Assembly (NCBI RefSeq): GCF_009914755.1
Contig: NC_060932.1
Length of the DNA: 64,000 bases
Origin: the human T2T-CHM13v2.0 reference genome, Homo sapiens
Reading direction: 5' to 3' (one strand)
Shown: positions 13,668 through 25,655 of the stretch, piece after piece
Numbering within the stretch: position 1 is the first letter of the stretch
How the letters are laid out: every line of letters starts with the position of its first letter
Program-made: the position numbers and the translations under genes
The notes under the pieces: model-generated
What the model was told of the DNA's origin: nothing
Database searches by the model: none
What the model saw: the letters and a program-made list of their open reading frames with translations, nothing else

Positions 13668-13993
13668 TGTCTTAGTCCATTCAGGTTGCTACATAACAAA
13701 ATAATATAGACTTGGTGACTTACAAACAACAGAAATTGATTTCTCACAGTTCTAGGGGATGGGAAGTCCAAGATTAAGGTCTCAGCAGATTTGGGGTCTG
13801 GTGAGGGCTGCTTCCTCCTAGACAGTGGTCTTCTTACTCCAACCTCACTGGGTGGAAGGGGTGGAATGTTTCTCTGGAGTCTCTTTTATAAGGGAACTAA
13901 TCTCATTCATGAGTGCTCTGCCCCCGTGACCCATCACCTCCCAAAGGCTCCATATCCTAATATCATCCCTGGAGAGGTGAAGATTTCAACATT
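13668..13993 (-). mobile_element. MLT1A-type MaLR LTR (partial)
   Basis: TGTCTTAGTCCATTCAGG...CTCACAGTTCTAGGGGATGGGAAGTCCAAGAT...CCCATCACCTCCCAAAGG. Confidence 0.85.
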
Positions 13994-15149
13994 TTACATT
14001 CGTCACTTCTAATCTTTAGAACGAAGTAAATATTAGAAACTCTGTCTCAAAGACATGGACACAAGTCTGCAGAAGTGAAACTCTTTCCCTGAAGTGACAG
14101 CAATGGAGTGGATGCGGGTCCACGTTGTTCAGGCTCCAAAGTCCAGCTGTTTCCATGATGCCAGGCTGCTTCCTAATTAGTATATTTAGGAGATAACTGT
14201 ATTTTAGAGATAAAGACCTGAGATTTGGAGAGGGGAAGAAAAGAAGAAAACATTTTCACCTCCTCTCCAGGAACCAGGGCCCGTCATCCCCTCAACCTCT
14301 TAAACTCGTGCTTTTTCCAAACTGAGTCCCTGGTGACCATTTTTTGCCTCTCCCTGAAAAGCAAGCCCAGTTCATTTCTTCAGGAGATGACACTGTGTCA
14401 GATATTTCCCCTTGTGATGATTATTTCTGGAAGAACCAGATGGGAAAGCTTGGGAAACATTCTAATTAGAAAGAGTCTTTCATTTCCATCCGGTTTCTAT
14501 TTCCCTTCCAGCCCCGATCCCCATCCCATGCACACATTGGCACGTTCTGAGCACTTCTTTGTATTTCAGGTCGATATGTGCCTACCCTGGCAGCTGATCA
14601 CACAGGCAGACTGCTTTTGAAGTAAATGGAAAGACTGCCCAAACAGACAAGAGTACTGAGCCACGGGGAGTTTGAATGCCCTGTTCTGTGTCAAGCCCAG
14701 ACGGCCGGTTCTCTTATTCATGGTTACTGAAGCTCTTTATGCTAAAGAGTGCTGGGCAGTGAGAGACAGGGTCCTTTAGCCAGGCAGGGCTCAGGTTCCA
14801 CACCATGAAGTGAGTGGGAAGCTGCGGTAGATGCCATTTGAGTGTGAGGAGTGAGGTGTGGGGTGGCTGTGCTCTAAGCCACCCAGGCAGGAGCCAGGGG
14901 CTGTACCTCCTCCCCTTAACCTCTCATTGCTCCTCAGTGAGGTCATCCTCACAGTGTTGTGCATTTACTGGAAGCAGCCTTCACAAAACCTTGATTAGAT
15001 GAATAGGAATTACTTCTAAGAGCACATTTTCTAAGTAGTCAGCTCATGTCTGTTGACCTTGGCAATGGCTGCAGTTGTATCTAGTGCCCCTGTGAGACAA
15101 GCAGTTCCCATTGGCTGCTCGATTTAATACTCCCCGGGCTACAGCGATG

Positions 15150-15260
15150 AAGTAACTGAGGCCTGAGAGCTGAAGCAACTTGCCCAAGGTCACTAACAAG
15201 AGGCAAAGCCAGTTCTTGAACCTTTTTTGTCCTAACTCCAACCTGGGGCTCTGAAGTCCT
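15150..15260. mobile_element. MIR fragment
   Basis: 'GTAACTGAGGCCTGAGAG..GAAGCAACTTGCCCAAGGTCAC' MIR core. Confidence 0.7.
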
Positions 15261-15570
15261 GCCGCTCCACTGGAAGGGCCCTCAGTGCCGTCTATGCCCA
15301 GGGCGGGGCACTCAGGTTGGGTGGGGATGCAGCCACCCTGAGTGGGCCCGTGATCTGCTTCACCTCTGCCTGGCAGAACTGGAGGTATGGACAACCTTGG
15401 CAGGGTATGAGTGGGATAGGAGCACATGTGCTCAGCTCACATGCTCTATGCCTTTCAGAAGCAAATCTCGCAATAGTGGAAGGATGGCCTTATTTATCTT
15501 AAAAAGTCACACCAAGTAGATGAAGTGTGACACGTAGTGGGAGGAAAGCAACAATTAAAAGTACAACCAT

Positions 15571-15897
15571 GGCTGGGCACAGTGGTTCATATCTATCATC
15601 CCCACACTCTGGGAGGCCAACGTAGATGGATCACTTGAGTCCAGGAGTTTGAGATCAGCCTGGCTGGCCGACATGATAAAACCCCATCTCTACAAAAACA
15701 AAACAAAACAAAACAAAAATTAGCATTAGCCACGTGTGGTGGAGCATGCCTATAGTCCCAGCTATTTGGGAGGCTGAGATGAGAGGACTGCTTGAGCCTG
15801 GAAGTTCCAGGCTGCAGCAAGCTGTAATTGCACCACTGCAATCCAGCCTGGATGACAGGAGACCCTGTCTCAAAACACACACAAAAAAATAAAAAAA
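15571..15897 (+). mobile_element. Alu (AluJ)
   Basis: Dimeric Alu with J-type GCTTGAGCC motif and (AAAAC)n linker. Confidence 0.92.
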
Positions 15898-16909
15898 GCA
15901 ACTGTTTGAAGCATAAGGCTTTTCTTTAGGTCTTCTTGATGGCAAATGACTGCTTATTCCCTTGAGCACATACATGCAGTTGAGCTTGTTTTTCAACCTG
16001 TCTTCCTTCCCCTCTAGTGAAAAAGCCGTGTAAGTAGGAGAGGAAAGGGTCCTTCCTCTCTGGGAAATGCACCCATCAGAGTGCCATAGAACCAAGAGTT
16101 CTACCCTTACAGATTGATTTTTCTGGGTTAAGCATTGTCTTGGGGGGTAAGAGCAAATTCTCCTTTAAAATATTAGCTACTCTGGGAGGAGAAAACCCTC
16201 TATCCCTAATATCATGCTTCAAGTGGTTTTCTGAGACTGCTTCCTCCTATACTGCCAGGTCCAGCAGCTCCTGCAGATGGGTGGTGGTGGAAGGAGGAGA
16301 GAATGGGCCACAGGCAGGCCAAGGGCAAGCTTAGCAGCACTCAACATCCTCCATGAACTCAACAGAAGTCAAGAATGCAGGCAGCTCATGATGAAGACCT
16401 GCAGCGGCCCAGGTTTACCAAGCTCATTCACAATTGCAGTTGGAGAATTCGTCTTTGGTCATTTTCTACTTTGGAAATACGGTAAATAATGTAACAATGT
16501 TTTTAAGAACAAGCTTCATCCCTTCCAGGTCCTTTTTATAGCAAACATTTGCATCTAAAGGAAATATACTTGTGTGTGTACACACGTGACTGTGCTGTTT
16601 GTTTTCCATCCCGCCATAGGAAAAAAACAGTTCACATGCTTTAAAAAAGTCATCCAAGCAGAAAATTGGGAAGAGCAGCAGCTGTGAGAAGAGATGTGTG
16701 CAGGGGTTACAAATGATTTCTCATTAACTCCAGACGCTCTTGTTCCTGGTCACCACAGCCCCATCTGAGAGGCAGATGTGACAGCGCTGGCAGTGACAAT
16801 GACAGAGGAAGAGATGGGAGGGAGAAACGGTTAGCTTATTTGTTTTAAAAGAAGCTGCTCAAATGTTTTGAGTTCTTCCATGCCTCGTGAGTCACAAACC
16901 CACAGAATG

Positions 16910-17100
16910 GGCAGGGCTTGGCTTGAAATTGAGGACGGCCTGCCTCTGCCATTTCCTGAGCGGGTGATCTTAGGCAAGTCACTTGGACTCTCTAATGCTC
17001 ATTTTCTCACTAATAAAATGATGATGATAATACAGTCTGCTTTACAGAACGGAAGCAAGAACTAAGGGAGATAGTATGTAAGAAAGCAATTTATAGAATG
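16910..17100 (+). mobile_element. MIR
   Basis: 'GTGATCTTAGGCAAGTCACTT..CTCTCT....CATTTTCTCACTAATAAAATG'. Confidence 0.75.
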
Positions 17101-17539
17101 GAGATTACTATGTACAAGGGAGTTATTTTTCTGAACAAATGGCTTGACTCAAGGTCACTAAATATCCATGACAACATGCCCTTTAGGGTAATTCTGAGTA
17201 ACATGAATCTTAAAGGATAATTAGGAATTGGGCAGTTAAAGAGTAGGAGAGAGAGCAGTTAGCTTTTGCATGAGCAAAACACACACACAAAGAAACCATG
17301 AGGCGTGTAATCTGCAGGGCAGGCTGGGGCATGCAGACTTGAGGGGTGGCGGGTGAGCAGGGGTGGGCAGATGAGCACCCAGGTGGTTTTGCTCAGTAGC
17401 AACTAAGTCTGAAGCAGACAGTGGCAGAAGCCTGATCCTAGAGGCATTATATACCTTCTCAGGAAGCTTGAATTTTATACCCTAGAATGATGTTGTATCT
17501 ATTATGTTCAGTGAAACTTTAACAAACATATCTTTTAAA

Positions 17540-17700
17540 AAAAGTTTCTTTAGTCAAGCAAGTTCTAGAATGGTGATGTAAATAGTTAACCGTTTCTCTA
17601 CTGCAGGACTAGTTGGAGGCTTTAGTATGCTAACATGAACCACAAATCTTCAAGAAGGAAGTACTCTGGGATGTTTCTTCAAGACCTTTGAGCACAGGAC
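17540..17700. mobile_element. Old hAT-Charlie-type DNA transposon fragment
   Basis: 'TTTCTCTACTGCAGGACT...CTTTAGTATGCTAA...AATCTTCAAGAAGG' resembles a recalled hAT-Charlie MER consensus; subfamily uncertain. Confidence 0.45.
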
Positions 17701-18013
17701 TTTTTTTTTTTTTTTTTTTTTTTGAGACAGCGTCTCACTCTGTTGCCCAGACTGGAGTGCAGTGGAGCAATCATCACTCACTGCAGCCTCGAACTCCTGG
17801 GCTCAAGCGATCCCCCCCACCTCAGCCTCCTGAGTAGTTGAGACCACAGACATGTGCCATCACACCCAGTTCATTTTTTTAAAGAAGTGTTTTTGTAGAG
17901 ACAGAGTCTCTTTCTATCGCCTAGGATGGTCTTGAACTCCTGGGCTCAAGCAATGCCCCTGCCTGGACCTCCCGAGGTGCTGGGATTACGGGTGTGAGCC
18001 CCCAGGCCTGGCC
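17701..18013 (-). mobile_element. Alu (AluJ)
   Basis: Poly-T plus antisense AluJ (CTCCTGGGCTCAAGC in both arms). Confidence 0.93.
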
Positions 18014-18647
18014 AGCACCTTTTGTTGGTCCTCACTCCCTCTTGCCCTCCCACTGCTCCAGGATTTCCATGTTCTTACTCCACAAACTGGGGAACGCTAG
18101 GACCATGAGGGGCCATCAGTGAGCTCACTACAAGTCTGTGCTCGTAAACGCCACTGTGGTTTCGCCAGCTTTTCCTGATTTCCCATGCGCCTGCCAAAGA
18201 CACCCTTCCCCAGCTCCTCTTCACACAGTCTACTGCTTCTTCCTCTCCATGGATGAACTCACCACTTCCGCTGTAGAAAGGGTGACATCCAAGCTGTGGG
18301 CCAGCCTTCTGCTCCACTCCAACACATCTACATCTACAGACTCTGTCTTTGCCAGTCCCTGAGATGTTGGTCCTCCTTTCTAAAGTGAAAGCCATATTCT
18401 AGTCTAAGATGAGAATAATTGTCAGAGAAGTGAAACTACCTGTTCAAGGTTGGAGAGTTAGTAAGAGGCAGATCTTTGGCTAGCATTCAAGTCCCCTGAA
18501 ACCTGGATGAGGACCCCTTTCCTTGGCTCGTCACTATCTGTATCTTCCATTCTGTAGTCTTAATCCAAGAGGTTCAAGTACATGACAGATGAATGTCATT
18601 AACACATTTTTAAAATACTGGCATAAAATCACTTAAACACATTGTGA

Positions 18648-19029
<382 letters not shown>

Positions 19030-20159
19030 TGCACTCTTCCTTCAAGACAAATCACTCCAGTCCTAGAACTACCTAGGGAATAATATAAAACCTTCTGTAC
19101 TAACAGTGAAAACTGAAGTTAATGAAATTCAGCTGCCTTTCACAGTAGTTTCCATTTTGTTTCCCTACATTTTCTCTGAGTTTCTACTGTGCTGGGGATG
19201 CCAACTGAGGGTGGGTGACAGTTGTGCTGGGTGACAATCAGGGAGGCTCCCCAGCTGCAGAGCCTCTGAAGCAGGTACCTGAGTTGCAAGGGCATTTCAG
19301 CAGGTAGCGGACCCACTTTCACCCCTGTTATCTCTTCATGCATTGCTGACATGGAACCAAATGCATCCACTGGTTTGCGCCACTGAAAATGTTTGGATTT
19401 AGAGACAGCATCTGAAAAAACGTCTCTCTAAAGCCCTTTGCTTTAAAGAAGGCCTCTTGGCATAAAGTCAACACCTTTCTTTCTCCATTGCCTATTTCTC
19501 CTGGTGTTTAGAGTAAAACTCTTCTTTGCCTCTTTCTTTTTTTCCTGAGTACTTTCGGTAGAATTAGTTTTTGTTTGGTTTGTGTTAAACCCATCTTTAA
19601 AACCTGTACGGCTATTTTCTAAGTTTTCAAAACTCATCCACTACTTTAATCACATTTTCCAGGCACTATTTCAGTCCAGATAATTTGAAGGCACCAGGCT
19701 TCAGAACTCAGAGCTGGCACACACATGACCTGAGAAGAGGGCTTGCTCACCAAGTTTACAGCAATCAGATTTGGAAGGAGTGAATGGTTGATTGTGTTTA
19801 AAAATAGTCAGTTGAATATGGGAGGCTTTTTCCAGTTACTGTGGAGAGACGCTTTTAGGCCTGATTAGCCCCCAAACCACAAACTATAAATGCTTTATAG
19901 CTTGTGGGAATACATATATTCTGAGATAACCTGGGACATTCATTCCAAAGCTATAATAATATGGACACAACAAACCTCAGGCTGAATTATTAAATGAAGT
20001 CTAATAATGTTAATTATTAATAAAATATTACTATATATAACTTTTATAGTTATATATAGTACTACTTTTATATAATCTACACTTTTATATAATCCTTTTT
20101 CCTTCTCAGAGTATATATATCTGCTGAATCATTTTATTTTTCCAGAGCCTTGCCTCCAG

Positions 20160-20498
<339 letters not shown>

Positions 20499-20724
20499 TA
20501 ATGTAATCTATCCCTTATATTGTTGCGAGGGATATTTGTCCATAACACAGATACAAGCAATTTGGTTTTTTTGGCTCAAAATATTTCATGTTTCTCTATA
20601 TCCATTAAGTCTGAACTCTCCACTATGACATTCGGTACTCCCCACAATCTGGCCTCTCACTTTCTAGCTTTCTGTGCCTCTAGTAACACTTTACCATTTC
20701 AGCTACCTCCCTCTCAATAACGAA

Positions 20725-22330
20725 CATCAGCAAATATTTATTAAGCATCTATATTACATGCCTTGAACTTTGCTAAGTGTCAGGTTAATGTTGGTGAATA
20801 AAAGAGTTATGTCTCCAGGTCTTGTGTAGCTTTCCATCGAGTCACTAAGGGAGAAGATAATATAATTAAAAAACAAACCAATTCATACCAATTCATTGTG
20901 AGAAGTGTCACGAAGCAGATGCCGTAACGGAGAATCACAGGGGAAAGGCACTTCACGAGGAATCAAGGAGGACTTCCCTAAAAAGATTACAAGGTGAAAC
21001 ATGGACCGTGCATTCCAGGCAGAGGGACTAGCATGTGTGAAGTCTCTGATTCAGACCTGTCTGCAAGGTGGGCTATGTAAAGTGAATATTCACAGCAGAG
21101 GACAGTATGACGGGAACATCTCGGGGCAAGGGGCGTTATGTAGCCTACCACAGGCACTGACTAGAAAACTCACTGTTAGATTTGGCATCCTGGGGTACAT
21201 TGGGTTGAGAAATACAATTTTGGCAGAAAACAGTTTGGCATTGGCTGAGGAATGAATGAGAAACCAAGGAATGAGAAACCAAGGAATAGAAGGATCATAG
21301 ACAATCCTTTAGAGAAGTTCTGCTTTGATAGGTGATAGCTTAAGGGGTTTGGGGAGGGAGATACTAGAATGTGTGTCTATGCCAAGACTGATTGAGTAAA
21401 GAGAGGGAGATTGATTCTGCAGGAGAACTGGAAGTTGAGCTTACCAGAGAAGTAGAAGACCACTGACAAGCAATTGAGAGCTCATTCGAAGTCTAAAGTC
21501 ATTAATTTGGAATGAAAGAAATAATATAACTTTCTGCAGTTGTGCTCATGCACAGAGAAAGAAGGCTGAGTTTATCCATGAAGCTATGGAAGATAAAGGA
21601 ATTTATGGTCTTCGTAAAAAGTAACTAGAATGGTGGAATATGGAATTGAAACTAGCCAAGAAAGGAGGCATTTATGAGGATATCGATGAACAGTGAGAAA
21701 GTGAGAGAATGGATGGAGTGGAGGCCGTGAAGAAACTGAAGGACTTTTCTAGTAGGGATACTTGAACAAATAAACTAGAAGGTTATGGAATGGCCCAAGA
21801 GCTTGATGTTGGCCTTCAAGATTTTAGAGGTTGTACAATGGTCCAGTGGGCAACTATTGGAGTGTGTGACTGAAGTAGACAGAAATAAAAGATCCCTAGA
21901 GATAAGGAGGTGAAGAAACTGAGATGCCAGGGGACTGAAATGGCCTTTCCTGGGAATGCTGAGGTTACAAAGAGTGATGACAGAATTTGGGGTGGAGAGG
22001 AAGACAGGGAACCAGAAACTAAAATCTTCAGTGAATAAAGAGGAGTGGTGGGGAGACGGTGGGAACAAAGGAGACGGTGTATCCAAGTCACACAAACCCA
22101 AAAGGGCAAAGTTTCTGCAGGAAAAGGGGGACAATGGTCTGGTGGTGACAGAGGAAAGGAAGGAAAACACCCACCTTACATGGTTACTTGGAGTATGGGA
22201 AATAAAACAGCCTTTGGTGGCCATGGGAGAAGTGGTTTCAGAAAACCACCGCATTTCAGAATGGAGATGAAGAGAATGTTACAAGGGGAGGCTGTGAGAT
22301 GGAAACATTTTATGGTGGAAGAGAAGGAGA
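20725..22330 (-). mobile_element. L2 LINE fragments including an endonuclease-domain remnant
   Basis: L2 3'-end signature (AAATATTTATTAAGCATCTA) at ~20730. Minus ORF 21775-22254 contains 'SLFTEDFSFWFPVFLSTPNSVITL...LASQFLHLL..RDL...TSVTHSNSCPLD', matching the L2/CR1 APE endonuclease. Confidence 0.75.
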
Positions 22331-22984
22331 ACTTGGTCGAAGAGGAGTAAACAGAGATGTGTGAGAGTGAGAGCTCTGTTGACAGTGGATGATGGGATGC
22401 TGGGACCTCTTCCATGGTTGAGGCAAACGGAGATTTGCACAGTGAGATTTGGCTTGATGGCCTCTTACAGGAGTCTTGGTTCTGGTGGTCTGGGACCACA
22501 GTCCTGCCCATGTGGCCCAGGGTGGCAGCTCCCCTGGGACACCCTGCATGAACGTCTTCCTGCTGGATCCGTGGCCTCGCAGACCTCCAACACATTCTAG
22601 ATTTTCCCCTTTCTGAGCTTGGCCCCCAGTGCTCCTCCATGTAAGATGCTCTTACCTGCTAGTGATACCTAACTTAGTCTCATCTGTCTTTAATGCCTGA
22701 CATGAATGTCACTCTTTCTGCAACATCCTGCAAGATCCTTTCAATCAAGAGACCACTGCTCCCGCTTCTGAATTTATGTAAGTGGAGTGGGATATGCAAT
22801 TCAAAATGGGATGTTTTAAGACATTTTTTTCCCTCTTCAGAAAGCTTTTTTTATGTGCATTTTTGAGGCAGGAGGTATATGCTGAAGGGAGGTCCCTGTA
22901 GTTCTAAGGACCCCCAAACCTCCCTTCCAGGAAGGCTAAACAGGATTTGTGTTGTATTGCCAAGGGTTTGGGCTCTAATTTTTG

Positions 22985-22999
22985 TCTTTCTTTTCTTTC

Positions 23000-23069
<70 letters not shown>

Positions 23070-23116
23070 TTCCTTTTCCTTCCTTCTTTCCTTCTTTCTT
23101 TCTTTTCTTTCTTTCT

Positions 23117-23162
<46 letters not shown>

Positions 23163-23197
23163 TTTCTTCTTTCTTTCTCTTTTCCTTCCTTCCTTCC

Positions 23198-23241
<44 letters not shown>

Positions 23242-23249
23242 TCCTTCTC

Positions 23250-23287
<38 letters not shown>

Positions 23288-23298
23288 CTTCTTTCTTT
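22985..23298. repeat. Complex (TTTC)n/(CT)n/(CCTT)n microsatellite (~315 bp), expanded Alu tail
   Basis: Visible directly; abuts the 3' end of an antisense Alu fragment. Confidence 0.97.
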
Positions 23299-23400
23299 CG
23301 GGTCTTGCTCTATTGCTCAGGCTGGAGTGCTGTGGTGCAATCACAGCTCACAGCCTTGAACTCCTGGGCTTACGTGATCCTCCTGCCTCGGCCTCAAAGC
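23299..23400 (-). mobile_element. 5'-truncated Alu (J-type right-arm fragment)
   Basis: GGGTCTTGCTCT..GCTCAGGCTGGAGTG...GATCCTCCTGCCTCGGCCTC. Confidence 0.85.
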
Positions 23401-23863
23401 AGGGGGCTGTTGTTTGAGAGACCCCTGAATTCCTGATTAGGAAAGAGACAGAGAATGAGGCTTTGGTGAAGGAAGGCTAAATAGGGTGTGGGTAGAAGCT
23501 GTTTGCGGGGAATCTGAGAAGACTACAGGAAATCGGCAGAAGGGATCTGAGCTTGGAATGTTCAGACGCCAGGGGCCATCCAGGAGGCCATAGAAGCCCA
23601 TTCTTAGAAAGTTCTAGGGTGAGGGAAAAGAAGCAGGGACTGTACAAAACCAGAACCCAGATCCAAGGCCTGACTGTAGTCTTCTCCTGAGTGAACGTCA
23701 CTCATCTGTACCAGAGCCCTCACCTGTCCACAGATAGTGCCTTACAAGAGTTGCAGTTTCTGGCTCAGTTGCTTTCCAGTCCCTAGCAAGGAGCCTTGTG
23801 CATATGTGGTAGATGCTCAAATAAGTTTATTGAATTAACGGACTATCTTCTGAGATAAGCAAA

Positions 23864-24277
23864 TGTGTTAGTCCATCCTTGCATTGCTCTAAAGAAATAA
23901 CTGAGACTGGGTAATATATAAAGAAAAGAGGTTTGATTGGCTCATGGTTCTGTGGGCTGTATGGGAAGCATAGTGGCTTCTGCTTGGCTTCTGGGGAGGC
24001 CGCAGGAGACTTACAATTATGTTGGAAGATGAAGCGGGAGCAGGCACCTCACACAGGGAAAGCAGGAGCCAGGCAGGGGGAAGTGCCACACATTTTTAAA
24101 CGACCAGATCTCACAAAGACTCACTATCCTGAGAACAGCACCAAGGGAAGTGGCGCTAAACCATTCGTGAGAAATATGCCCCGGGATCCAGTCACTCCCC
24201 ACCAGGCCCCACCTCCAACATTAGGGATAATATTTCGATTGGAGATTTGGGCGGGGACACACACCCAGACTATATCA
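23864..24277 (-). mobile_element. MSTA/THE1D-type MaLR solo LTR
   Basis: TGTGTTAGTCC...GAGACTGGGTAA...GGCTTCTGGGGAGGCC...CCCACCAGGCCCCACCTCCAACA...ACTATATCA. Confidence 0.9.
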
Positions 24278-25409
24278 GTAGGTTAATCACCTCAACCTTG
24301 TTATACTTTAGAATCTCCAGGACTAACTTCATACATTACTCCTGGAGATTCTGAAGTACAACAAGGTTAAGGTGATTTCTTTGTATTTACTTAAAAAGCA
24401 ACTGACAGAGGAAGTAAGAATTCAGGCTACTTCATGTATGGGTATCTTTGCCATTTGTTTTAGCCTCAGCTGTGCATCTCCCCTGAAGGAACAGAATGAG
24501 AGTCTGCCACTAAGGTGACAACTTGCAGAAAAGAAAGGCAAGATTCTATGAATCCATAGTAACATTTTCCCTTTGCAAAGAGCTTGCATAAACAAGGCCA
24601 TTTAAAAATAGTCTTCTGATATGAACTCTACAATAACCATAGTGTACAAAAATTGGAGTCCATATGGACGCAACCTGGGAGACAATATGCAAAAATTAAA
24701 GTCGTTGTAGAGTTAGGTTGAGACGATGAGTAATGGCCCCTGACCTTTCTTCAATCACTAGCTCACTATTTTTATATTACATTTTCAATACAAATGCTTC
24801 AGAAAATTCTCCACTTTAGAATAAGACACCTTGTTATATAAAGTCATCATAATAACTTTATAATAATAGCATTCATTTAATTGCTATTAAAAAGAATCAC
24901 AGATAAAAAGTATTTTCTCAGCTCTGCTCCTGGAACACAGAAAGAATGCTCTTTAGGGTAGAGCAGCATCAGAAGCCCTCCCATGGTGGGGGACATTCCA
25001 GTTGGCATCCAAAAGACCCTAAGTATTAACAGGGGGACTTTAGGGTTGAATGCCACAGCTGCAGGTGCCTTTTGTCAAAATGCAGTGAGTAGGAAGCTGA
25101 AGAAATGACTAAGGAGCAGAACTGTGGAAGATGGGAGGGAGGTGAAGTCTGTGATATTAGTTTCAGATCATCGTCATCAAACCCTACCCACTGCCAGTCT
25201 CCCCGTGCCCAGTGCTCATCAGCTGTCACCCTGATACCTCCAGCTGGCAGTTCCTGAGTAAATTCTGAGTACAGCAGATGAGATCTCAGGACACTCAGAT
25301 CCATCAGTTGCATGACCTTGAATTAGACTTGCCGCTGTAGGCTGCAAGGTTTGGAGGGCCTGAGGCATCATGTCCCCCACATCAGAGCCTTCTCCTGAGT
25401 GCTGCACGT

Positions 25410-25655
25410 AGAAGAAGTTTATTCAAAGTTAAGCCTGATCAAATTAACTTCTGCTCTTAGAAGTCAGGTTAGTGGTTTCCTTGAGGATGGATGGGTGGCA
25501 GAAGAAAGAAAGAATTCCTGGAGTGGTAGTAAGTTTCTCTTTCTTGATCAGGGTGTTACTTGCGTATGTTCACTTTTTGCAAATTCATTAAGCTGTTGTA
25601 CATTTATTCTATGTACATTTTTTCTTTAATGTGTTATAATTTAATAAAAAGTTAA
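25410..25655 (+). mobile_element. L1ME 3' end
   Basis: 'TTAGAAGTCAGGTTAGTGGTT..CCTTG', 'TTTCTTGATC.GGGTG', 'AAATTCATTAAGCTGT', then AATAAAAAGTT followed by a GA-rich tail. Confidence 0.75.

Noticed and set aside
21254-21287. 15-bp tandem duplication (GAATGAGAAACCAAG x2) as an array or CRISPR-like repeat
   Set aside because: Only two copies with no spacers; ordinary slippage duplication in eukaryotic DNA.
22879-23436. Long F/L/S-rich and K/E/R-rich ORFs (also at 7042-7372 and 30265-30537)
   Set aside because: Translations of microsatellites that lack stop codons.
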